Below are positions 56,231 through 64,000 of a stretch of DNA of 64,000 nucleotides, piece after piece. The stretch is from Myxococcales bacterium (GTDB taxonomy: Bacteria; Desulfobacterota; Binatia; HRBIN30): assembly GCA_037445065.1 (NCBI GenBank), contig JBBILD010000001.1, forward strand, positions 64,001 to 128,000, written 5' to 3'. The position numbers and the translations under genes are program-made. Below the pieces are notes generated by a model. That model worked only from the letters and a program-made list of their open reading frames with translations, was not told the DNA's origin and did not search any database. Positions within the stretch are counted from its first letter, which is position 1, and every line of letters starts with the position of its first letter.

Positions 56231-58021
56231 CTAACGGGCGCCGCGATTTTGCGGAGCCGGGGGACTTGCCAGGGCTTTGCTGCGGCTTGGATGGCGCAGT
56301 TTGCGTAAGGCCTTCGCCTCGATTTGCCGGATTCGCTCCCGGGTGACCGCAAAACGCTGACCAACCTCCTCGAGGGTGTAATCCGAACGCTCACCGATTC
56401 CAAATCGCATGCGCAAGATTTGCTCCTCGCGAGGCGTGAGAGTGGCCAGAACCCGCCGGGTTTGCTCTTCGAGGCTGGAGAAAACGGCGGCGTCCGCCGG
56501 GGAAATGGTCTGCCGGTCTTCCACGAAATCCCCTAGGGAGCTGTCTTCCTCGTCTCCGATCGGAGTTTCCAAGGACACCGGTTCTTTGACGATGCGCAGG
56601 ACCTTGCGGACCTTCTCGATCGGCATTTCCATCCGTTCGGCAATCTCCTCCGGAGTGGGTTCGCGGCCGAGTTGTTGAACTAAATACCGGGAGGAACGCA
56701 CCACTTTGTTGATCGTCTCGATCATGTGCACAGGAATACGGATCGTTCGCGCCTGGTCCGCGATTGCCCGACTGACAGATTGCCGAATCCACCAGGTCGC
56801 ATACGTCGAGAATTTGTACCCGCGCTGGTACTCGAATTTTTCCACGGCACGCATGAGCCCGATGTTGCCTTCTTGAACAAGGTCTAAGAAGCTGAGGCCG
56901 CGGTTCGTGTACCGCTTCGCGATACTGACGACGAGCCGTAGGTTGGCCTCGATCAGCCGTTTTTTGCCGGCGTCTGCCTTTTGCTCGCCCTCGCGGATCA
57001 CCTGCAGGGCCTGCGCAAGCGCGGAATGGCTCATGCGAACGCTGCGCTCCAGCTCGTGCAGTTGCTTTCGTGCTGCTTGAATTTCATCTGCCGCGCGTCG
57101 TACCTCCTCTGCGCTACGCCGGCCCTTACCTCCCTCCTCGCCGATGCCCTTTCCCCGAGCAGCGAGTCGCAAAGTTTGTTGCGCCGAGCAACCGAGGCGC
57201 CCCTCCCAGCGCCGCAGAATCTCCCGCTGCACCTCCATTTCCTTGTCAACCCGGCGCAGGTGCTCCACGATTTTGCGAAAATGCCGCCGACCAACCTCGA
57301 GTTCCTGTACCAGTTGAGCAAAGCGCTGCTGCAATCGGTCTGCTTTTTTGGTATCCGCACCTTTCCGCTGGGACAAAGTTTGCCGACGCGCTCCAGCCCT
57401 CCGGCGAGCACTTAACTCGGAGGCGACTCGGACCAGTTCTTTGAGCCGCCTCAAGCTCTCTTGTTGCTGCGCTTCGACCCGTGTGGCCTCGGCCTCTTCG
57501 TCGCCTTCCACACTTTCTTCCTCGGATGGCTCGGGATCTTCGTCGTACAAATCTCGCAGCGGTGCTTCCCCGTTGAGGATCTGTTCTGCCAACCCGACCA
57601 GGTATTCCCGCGTGAACGGCAAAGACAAGATCTGATCTCGCACGATCCGTTCGCCAGCCTCGATTTGCTTGGCGATCTCCACTTCCTGCTCGCGGTTGAG
57701 GAGGGCTACAGAGCCCATTTCTTGCAGGTACATCCGGACTGGATCGGAATGATCCTCGGCCAGAGCTTTTTCTTCTGGCTCTTCGTCACCCCAATCGTCC
57801 TTGTCCTCGTCCTTGGGGGCGACTTCGTTCAGTGGCTCGACCGCCTCCGCGTCGATTTCTTCGAGAACAGAAATCGGCGCCTCGAAGTCTGGATCGGTCG
57901 GAACTTCGGGACCCAGAGGGAGTAACGATTCGGCAGCATCGTGAGCCATGGGTGGCGGCAAAGAGCGCCCTTGAACGTTTGCCTGAGAACCCCGTTTGTG
58001 GGAAGCTCGCTTCGTGCTCAC
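56231..58021 (-). CDS. RpoD-like sigma-70 factor
   Basis: [79 protein letters not shown]. Confidence 0.92.
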   Translation of the reverse strand: MSTKRASHKRGSQANVQGRSLPPPMAHDAAESLLPLGPEVPTDPDFEAPISVLEEIDAEAVEPLNEVAPKDEDKDDWGDEEPEEKALAEDHSDPVRMYLQEMGSVALLNREQEVEIAKQIEAGERIVRDQILSLPFTREYLVGLAEQILNGEAPLRDLYDEDPEPSEEESVEGDEEAEATRVEAQQQESLRRLKELVRVASELSARRRAGARRQTLSQRKGADTKKADRLQQRFAQLVQELEVGRRHFRKIVEHLRRVDKEMEVQREILRRWEGRLGCSAQQTLRLAARGKGIGEEGGKGRRSAEEVRRAADEIQAARKQLHELERSVRMSHSALAQALQVIREGEQKADAGKKRLIEANLRLVVSIAKRYTNRGLSFLDLVQEGNIGLMRAVEKFEYQRGYKFSTYATWWIRQSVSRAIADQARTIRIPVHMIETINKVVRSSRYLVQQLGREPTPEEIAERMEMPIEKVRKVLRIVKEPVSLETPIGDEEDSSLGDFVEDRQTISPADAAVFSSLEEQTRRVLATLTPREEQILRMRFGIGERSDYTLEEVGQRFAVTRERIRQIEAKALRKLRHPSRSKALASPPAPQNRGAR

Positions 58022-58260
58022 GCCGCTCTACTCCTCTTCGAATCGACCGAGTCCCTTACCGTTACGGAACCTGCCCTCGCTGGCGGGAAGAACGCACGGT
58101 TGGCTGACGTCGTAGGTGGGGCTCGCGAGCAAAAATGAGCGCACCTCGGCAGCGCGAGGTTTCGGGTGCGACGCGGGAGCCCAACACGGAGTCTGACGGC
58201 ACGAATGCCACGAGTACCGAGACGTCAACGGCCGCCATTTAGACGCCGGGTCTCGGGCCG

Positions 58261-60765
58261 TCAAGAAGACGTCGACGGCGGCTGGTTCGTCGCCGGAGCC
58301 GCTGGTTCCGAGCGCCGTGTCTCGGGGGCCGCGAAGTTCCGTAAACCTTCGGCAAGCGAGCGCAACCGCTGCGCAACGAGCCAGTGTACCGTACCTTCTT
58401 CCCCCAGCGAACCAGCTCTGACACCGGTCAGGACTTCCAGACCTTCATCAATGTTGCGAATCGGGTACAGGTGAAACTGCCCGGCGCGGATTGCATCCAC
58501 GACTTCCGAGCGTAGTACGAGCTGTTGGACGTTTTGTGCCGGCATCACCACACCTTGAGAGCCGGTGAGACCCACTACTTTGCAAGTCGCGAAGAACCCC
58601 TCCACCTTCTCGTTGATGCCACCGATGGGCTGGATTTCACCCCACTGGTTCACACTCCCCGTGACCGCGAGGTCCTGCCGCAACGGTAGGCCACTCAGCG
58701 CGGAAAGAATCGCGAACAGCTCGGTGGCCGAGGCGCTGTCACCATCGACCCCGGAGTACGACTGCTCGAAGCAAATACTGGCAGTCAGGCTGAGAGGAAA
58801 ATCCTGCGCGTAAGTACGCCGCAGGTAGCCCGTTATGATGAGTACGCCTTTGTCGTGCGTCCGGCCGCTGAGTTGAGCCTCCCGCTCGATGTTGATGATT
58901 CCCTGGTTGCCCATGGAGACCGCGGCGGTAACCCGCGAGGGTCGCCCAAAGTCGTAGCCTCCTACGTTGAGAACAGCGAGCCCGTTGACCTGTCCCACCC
59001 GCTTCCCAGCAACGTCGAGGAGCAGGATTCCATCTCGAACCAGCTCTCGCACCCTTTCCTCTACCCGGTTCAAGCGAAAGATGCGCTGCTCGATGGTTTG
59101 TAGCACGTGCGCTCCATCGACCTCTGCGGCTCCCTCTTGCCGCGCCCAGAAGGTGGCTTCGCGCATGATGTCAGCAATCTCACTCAATTGGCTGGGAAGC
59201 TTGTTGCGATGCTCAACGGAACGCGCACCGTATTCGATCAAGCGTGCTACCGCGTTTGCGCGAAACGGGGGCAAGCCTTCCTTGCGAGCAATGCGAGCCA
59301 CCTGCGATACGAATTGAGCGCGCGCCGTCGCTGCATCGACGTCGAACCCGAAATCTGCGCGAACTTTGAAAATCTCCCGGAACTCATCATCGAGGAAGTA
59401 CAAGATTTGGAAGACCTCTGCCGGACCAACCAGCACCACCCGCACCGCAACCTCCATCGGCTCCGGCTTGAGGGTGGTGGTCGCAAGAAGGGCAAATGGA
59501 TCGTACGCCTCGATTTCGAGTTTTCCACTCTTGAGGCAGCGCTTTAGTGCTCGCCAGACCAAAGGCTCGGAGAGCACGTCCACGATGTTGAGCACGATGC
59601 AGCCGCCGTGCGCCCGCAACAGCGAGCCTCCTTGGACGCGCGTGAAGTTCGTGACCAGCTTTCCGAACGGATCGACAATCCGTTCCACCGCCCCGAAAAG
59701 ATTCTTGTATGTGGGGGAGTTCTCCACAATGACCGGGGCGCCCGGGCTGTCACTGTTGTCAACGAGAACGTTGACTTGATAATCCAGGAAGGCGCTCTCG
59801 GCGAGCGCGGCTGGGGAGAACGGCATCGGCAGGGGCAAGGGAATCGGGAGTGGGCTTTGCGTGAGTTCTCGAACCGGTTCGCGGAAAAGGTCGAGGTTGT
59901 CGAGCATGTGCTCGCGGACCTCGTTCAAGTACTGGTGCACCTCGGGAAGATCGTAACGTTGGGCAATCTCTTCAATGAGCGGGTGGATAACCTCAGCTGC
60001 GACTCTTCGCTCTACCGCCTTGATCTCCCGCGCTAAACGGCGGCCAAGCGCCTGTTGCCTGCGCAACATGGCTTTGAGTTCGCGCGACACCTCACGCTCC
60101 CGCCGCCGCAGGTCTTCTTGCTGCTCGGGACTCAAGCGTTCCAGCTCTTGAGGGTTCATGGGCTCTCCGTCAGCCTTGATCGGGATGAACAGAATCCCGC
60201 CTTGCGGATGAGCCTGCAGCAAGAAGCCCTTTTCCGCAGCGCGCCGCTCCATTTCCCGGGCGATTTCCTCGCCCTCGTGCCCAAAGCGCTCAGCCAGTTG
60301 TTCCTTTTCTTCCTCGAACGTTTCTTGGCGGAATGTTTCTGGCAGGAGGCGCTGCAAGTCTTCGACAAGTTCCTGCATATCGCGGCGCAGTTGCTTGCCT
60401 TTCCCGGCGGGCAGAAAAAGGGCGCGTGGCCGATCCCGGTTCTGGAAGTTTTGGACGAGCACCCGGTCCCCTGGCACGGGGAAGTGTGCCGTGAACTGCC
60501 GCAGCAGCTCACCAATCGCGTGCTCTTTGTCCGTGCCCGTTAAACCAACGACGTAGACGTTGAAACCCCGATCCGGTACATGGACTGCGAGCTGCAGTGC
60601 CGCGAGCGCGCGATCCTGCCCAAACCATGGGGGTAGCTCTGCGACCTCGTCCGTTGTCCGGAAGCCGAGCTCTTCCGGGGAGACAACAAACGCTGCCTCT
60701 TCGGGTAAAAGACGCCTCGGGGGCGAGGCCGGCTGGACCTCGCCGGGACGTTCAAGGGCATCCAT
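58261..60765 (-). CDS. Lon-like protease, LonC/AAA_32 type
   Basis: GQDRAL, degenerate Walker A GLTGTDK, GQVNGLAV, HDKGVLI, EQSYSGVDGDSAS (Ser), INEKVEGF (Lys). Confidence 0.9.
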   Translation of the reverse strand: MDALERPGEVQPASPPRRLLPEEAAFVVSPEELGFRTTDEVAELPPWFGQDRALAALQLAVHVPDRGFNVYVVGLTGTDKEHAIGELLRQFTAHFPVPGDRVLVQNFQNRDRPRALFLPAGKGKQLRRDMQELVEDLQRLLPETFRQETFEEEKEQLAERFGHEGEEIAREMERRAAEKGFLLQAHPQGGILFIPIKADGEPMNPQELERLSPEQQEDLRRREREVSRELKAMLRRQQALGRRLAREIKAVERRVAAEVIHPLIEEIAQRYDLPEVHQYLNEVREHMLDNLDLFREPVRELTQSPLPIPLPLPMPFSPAALAESAFLDYQVNVLVDNSDSPGAPVIVENSPTYKNLFGAVERIVDPFGKLVTNFTRVQGGSLLRAHGGCIVLNIVDVLSEPLVWRALKRCLKSGKLEIEAYDPFALLATTTLKPEPMEVAVRVVLVGPAEVFQILYFLDDEFREIFKVRADFGFDVDAATARAQFVSQVARIARKEGLPPFRANAVARLIEYGARSVEHRNKLPSQLSEIADIMREATFWARQEGAAEVDGAHVLQTIEQRIFRLNRVEERVRELVRDGILLLDVAGKRVGQVNGLAVLNVGGYDFGRPSRVTAAVSMGNQGIINIEREAQLSGRTHDKGVLIITGYLRRTYAQDFPLSLTASICFEQSYSGVDGDSASATELFAILSALSGLPLRQDLAVTGSVNQWGEIQPIGGINEKVEGFFATCKVVGLTGSQGVVMPAQNVQQLVLRSEVVDAIRAGQFHLYPIRNIDEGLEVLTGVRAGSLGEEGTVHWLVAQRLRSLAEGLRNFAAPETRRSEPAAPATNQPPSTSS

Positions 60766-60768
60766 CGC

Positions 60769-61143
60769 TCAGGATCGGCGGATATGAATGCGCAAGCAAC
60801 CGTCCTCGAGCCGGGCTTCCACCGCCTCGGCTGGCACCGCTTCGGGGAGTCTGAAGGAGCGGAGAAACGTGACGTCTCGAGCGGATCGGGCGTAGCCATA
60901 CGAGCCGAGCTGCCGGGATCGTTTGCTTCGTTTGGCTCCGCGCACCGTCAGTTCCTTGCCGTGCACTTCCACAAGGAGATCCTCGGGCGCCATATCCGGA
61001 ACCGGGATTTCGATCTCCCACCCGTCTGCAACTTCCCGGACTCGAGATGGAGCAATTCTCGTCTCCGTACCCCAGCGCCGCCGGACGAGTTCGTCGAACA
61101 GCCGGTCGATTTGCTCCATTAAAAGCGAGGGGACCTGCGACAT
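60769..61143 (-). CDS. Small heat-shock protein (Hsp20/alpha-crystallin)
   Basis: IPVPDM, LTVRG, FLRSFRLP, ARLEDGCLRI. Confidence 0.85.
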   Translation of the reverse strand: MSQVPSLLMEQIDRLFDELVRRRWGTETRIAPSRVREVADGWEIEIPVPDMAPEDLLVEVHGKELTVRGAKRSKRSRQLGSYGYARSARDVTFLRSFRLPEAVPAEAVEARLEDGCLRIHIRRS

Positions 61144-61361
61144 GTGTTTCGGTTACCACTGCTGCGCGCCAGTGGCAACGACGGGACCGCAGGCGGAGTA
61201 ACGAGGCCCCTCCTGGGCTGCCAGGAGAACAGGGTTACTTCTGGGCGGAATTAGAAGAACTCGGCAACGCGCGCGTTGCCTGGTGGTATGCGGATGGTAC
61301 GTTGTTCAAGCAAGCGAAGTTGGTTAGGACACGCTGGCTCGTCGTAAATGGAGTAACGCGC

Positions 61362-61946
61362 ATGGCAACGGTGGCAAAACAACAAAGAGTGGCAGAGGGG
61401 TTCTTAGCGCGGCTGCGTGCAGCGACTGGCCAGCCGCTGGAAGCGTCCGAAGCGTTCGCCGACAGTTTCGTGCTCACGAAGTTGGCAGATGCCGTCCAAT
61501 GGGCGCGCAAGTACTCTTTTTTCCCGTACCCTTTCGTAACCGCTTGTTGCGGGATGGAGTATATGTCCACCGCTGGCCCGCGCTTTGACATCGATCGTTT
61601 CGGAGCGGCGCTGCCGCGCTTCACTCCGCGTCAAGCGGACCTTTTGATGGTGGTCGGCACCATCACTCATCGGATCGCGCCGGTGTTGCGGCGTGTGTGG
61701 GAACAAATGGCGGAGCCGAAGTGGGTAGTTTCGTTTGGTGCCTGTACGTCTTCGGGCGGGCCTTACAACAACTATGCGGTGGTACAAGGGATCGACACGA
61801 TCGTTCCCGTGCACTTGTACATTCCCGGTTGCCCCCCGCGCCCCGAGGCGGTTCTGGACGGCCTGATCAAACTGCAAGAACGAGTGCAAAAAGAGCGAGG
61901 GAACCAGCGCGTGCCAGAGATTCACGGCAGCGGACGGGTGCTTTGA
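61362..61946 (+). CDS. nuoB: NADH-quinone oxidoreductase subunit B
   Basis: TACCGMEY, PRQADL, QMAEPKWV, GAC, YIPGCPPRPE. Confidence 0.95.
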   Translation: MATVAKQQRVAEGFLARLRAATGQPLEASEAFADSFVLTKLADAVQWARKYSFFPYPFVTACCGMEYMSTAGPRFDIDRFGAALPRFTPRQADLLMVVGTITHRIAPVLRRVWEQMAEPKWVVSFGACTSSGGPYNNYAVVQGIDTIVPVHLYIPGCPPRPEAVLDGLIKLQERVQKERGNQRVPEIHGSGRVL

Positions 61947-61972
61947 TTCCTGCGAGCACGGTGGGGAGCGCG

Positions 61973-63562
61973 ATGCCCAAGATCACCATCGACGGCCGCG
62001 AGATCGAAGTTTCTGCCGGTAGCATGTTGTTGCCGGCAGCGCTCGAAGCGGGAATCCACATCCCCCATTACTGTTGGCACCCGAAGCTTTCCATCGACGG
62101 AAGTTGCCGTATGTGCCAGGTGGAAGTGGAAGGCAGTCCGAAGTTGGTGATTGCCTGCAACACACCTGTGCGTGAAGGAATGGTAGTCCGCACCAACACG
62201 CCGCGCGTCGAAAACGCACGCCGCGGCGTCATGGAACTGCTTCTGGTGAACCATCCGATCGACTGTCCGATCTGCGACAAAGCGGGAGAATGTTTGCTGC
62301 AGGACTACTCGTACGCCTTTGGATCCCGGCAAACCCGTACCCGCGAGGTTCGGCGCAAGCTCGAGAAGCGTAAGGAGATCGGGCCGCGCATGATTCTCGA
62401 TCAAGAGCGCTGCATTCTGTGCCGCCGGTGCGTTCGTTTTTGCCGGGAGATCGCGGGTACGAGCGAACTGGGTGTGTTCGGGATGGGTGATCGTTCGGTG
62501 CTCGACGTTCTGCCAGATCGGCCGTTGGCGAATGATTACTCGATGAACACGGCAGACATTTGCCCGGTGGGTGCCTTGGAGACGAAAGATTTTCACCACC
62601 GGCTGAGGGTTTGGTTTTTGAAAAAAACTCCGAGTGTCTGCCCGAGTTGCTCGCACGGCTGTAACATCACGATTCAGCATTACCGCAACCATATTTGGCG
62701 CATCATGCCGCGCCGCAACGATGCGGTGAACGACACTTGGATGTGCGATCACGGGCGGCTGAATTATGCCTTTGCACATGACACCAATCGGTTGCGACTG
62801 CCGCTCGTGCGGCGTGACGGCGAGCTACGTCCGTGTCATTGGGATGAGGCGGTGCAGACTGTGGCACGCTTGCTGCGGGACACCGTGCGGGCGCACGGCC
62901 CCGCAAGCGTAGGATTGATCGCCTCTGCTCACCTGACCAACGAGGAGTGTTTCCGTCTGGCACAACTCGCGGATTGTCTAGGTTTGCAGCACGTCGACAC
63001 CGTTGTCCCGTTGGGCAAGGCCGACGGGTTTTTGATCGAGGCGGAGAAGGCGGCGAACGGACAGGGAGCGAGGGACATGGGACTGCAGCCGCGTAGCGGT
63101 GGCTGGAGCTGGCGGAACATGCTCGCTGCTGCCGAGCGGGGCGAGTTGCGACTACTGTATATTTGCGGTTCCGATCTTGTGCAGGTCGCGGAAGAAGGAA
63201 GCTGGCAGACAGCAATGGAGCGAGTGGAGCATGTGATCGTCCAGGATCTTTTTTTGGCCCCGCTCGCGCAGCGGGCCGAGGTGGTACTCCCTTCGTTGAG
63301 TTGGGCCGAAAAAACCGGGACGTTTACGAATTCGAAACGGCGGATCCAGCGCATTCATCGCGCTTTGCAGCCGGCGGAGGGGCAGCCAGGGGACGGCGAG
63401 CTCTTCACCCGCATTTTGGCGCTGTTGAGCGAAGGGCCGTGGAGCTTTGATCCGGCGGCTGTACTCGAAGAAATTGCGCAGAGGCACCCGGCCTATGCGG
63501 GCGTGACGTTCGCAGGCGTTGGCCCTTTAGGGCAGCAACTCGCCGAGGGAGGGCTCGATTAA
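61973..63562 (+). CDS. nuoG: NADH-quinone oxidoreductase subunit G (short form)
   Basis: CWHPKL..GSCRMC, HPIDCPICDKAGEC, CILCRRCVRFC, CPVGAL, CPSCSHGC...WMCD, AEKTGTFTN. Confidence 0.9.
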   Translation: MPKITIDGREIEVSAGSMLLPAALEAGIHIPHYCWHPKLSIDGSCRMCQVEVEGSPKLVIACNTPVREGMVVRTNTPRVENARRGVMELLLVNHPIDCPICDKAGECLLQDYSYAFGSRQTRTREVRRKLEKRKEIGPRMILDQERCILCRRCVRFCREIAGTSELGVFGMGDRSVLDVLPDRPLANDYSMNTADICPVGALETKDFHHRLRVWFLKKTPSVCPSCSHGCNITIQHYRNHIWRIMPRRNDAVNDTWMCDHGRLNYAFAHDTNRLRLPLVRRDGELRPCHWDEAVQTVARLLRDTVRAHGPASVGLIASAHLTNEECFRLAQLADCLGLQHVDTVVPLGKADGFLIEAEKAANGQGARDMGLQPRSGGWSWRNMLAAAERGELRLLYICGSDLVQVAEEGSWQTAMERVEHVIVQDLFLAPLAQRAEVVLPSLSWAEKTGTFTNSKRRIQRIHRALQPAEGQPGDGELFTRILALLSEGPWSFDPAAVLEEIAQRHPAYAGVTFAGVGPLGQQLAEGGLD

Positions 63563-64000
63563 TGGCGACTCGAACAGTTCCGGTTTCCCGTCCGGCTCCA
63601 TTGCGCGGCCCGAGCGTCATGCGAGCGGGTGTTGCGTTGCTGAAAGGGTTAGCGATCACCAACCGCCACTTTTGGCGCAACTTATGGGGCTTCATCCGGC
63701 GCAAACCAACAGTTTTTACAGTCCAATACCCGGAGGAGCGGCTGGAGCATCCACCCGCGTTTCGCGGCATGCCCGTTTTGGTGCAAATGGACAATGGAAA
63801 AGAGCGCTGTGTGGCATGCGGGCTGTGCGAGTGGGCATGTCCGACTGACTGTATCACGATTTTCCCTGCTGAAACCGAAGACGAAATTGAGCGCTACCCG
63901 CGTGTGTTCGATATTGACATGTCACGCTGCATGTTTTGTGGCCTGTGTGAAGAAGCGTGCCCGGAAGAAGCGATTGTGATGAGCCATCGCGTGGAGATCG
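63562..64000 (+). CDS. nuoI: NADH-quinone oxidoreductase subunit I (3' partial)
   Basis: Not in the ORF track. Manual translation from ATG 63562 (TAATG overlap) gives TVQYPEER, CVACGLCEWACP, CMFCGLCEEACP. Confidence 0.93.
   Translation, partial: MATRTVPVSRPAPLRGPSVMRAGVALLKGLAITNRHFWRNLWGFIRRKPTVFTVQYPEERLEHPPAFRGMPVLVQMDNGKERCVACGLCEWACPTDCITIFPAETEDEIERYPRVFDIDMSRCMFCGLCEEACPEEAIVMSHRVEI

Overview
GC-rich bacterial chromosomal segment, densely coding, with about 50 genes and one tRNA-Val(CAC). I saw no mobile elements, CRISPR arrays or rRNA. Gene style (Pro/Thr-rich linkers, Cys-rich inserts, many c-type cytochromes, ECF systems) suggests a deltaproteobacterial-grade lineage such as Binatota; this is an inference. 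Housekeeping content: sucA-sucB-lpdA, PPi-PFK, rpiA, ribB(X), menA, pcm, dsbD, a dprE1/dprE2-like pair, two sigma-70 paralogues, hsp20-lonC and a partial nuoB-G-I cluster. Three candidates stand out. (1) An NtrY-type sensor kinase is followed by one ORF fusing an intact NtrX-like receiver domain to a catalytically intact LpxC, a possible phosphorylation switch on the committed step of lipid A synthesis. (2) An ECF sigma / zinc-finger anti-sigma pair, whose extracytoplasmic tail carries a CXXCH heme motif, heads a cassette with a MauG-type diheme enzyme, a Tat metallophosphoesterase with altered motifs and a WxW motif, and a SoxA/TsdA-like cytochrome. (3) A sigma-54-like promoter has its predicted start inside a perfect 12-bp hairpin that otherwise buries the Shine-Dalgarno of a secreted metalloprotease. 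All calls come from motif recognition by eye; no database searches were run.
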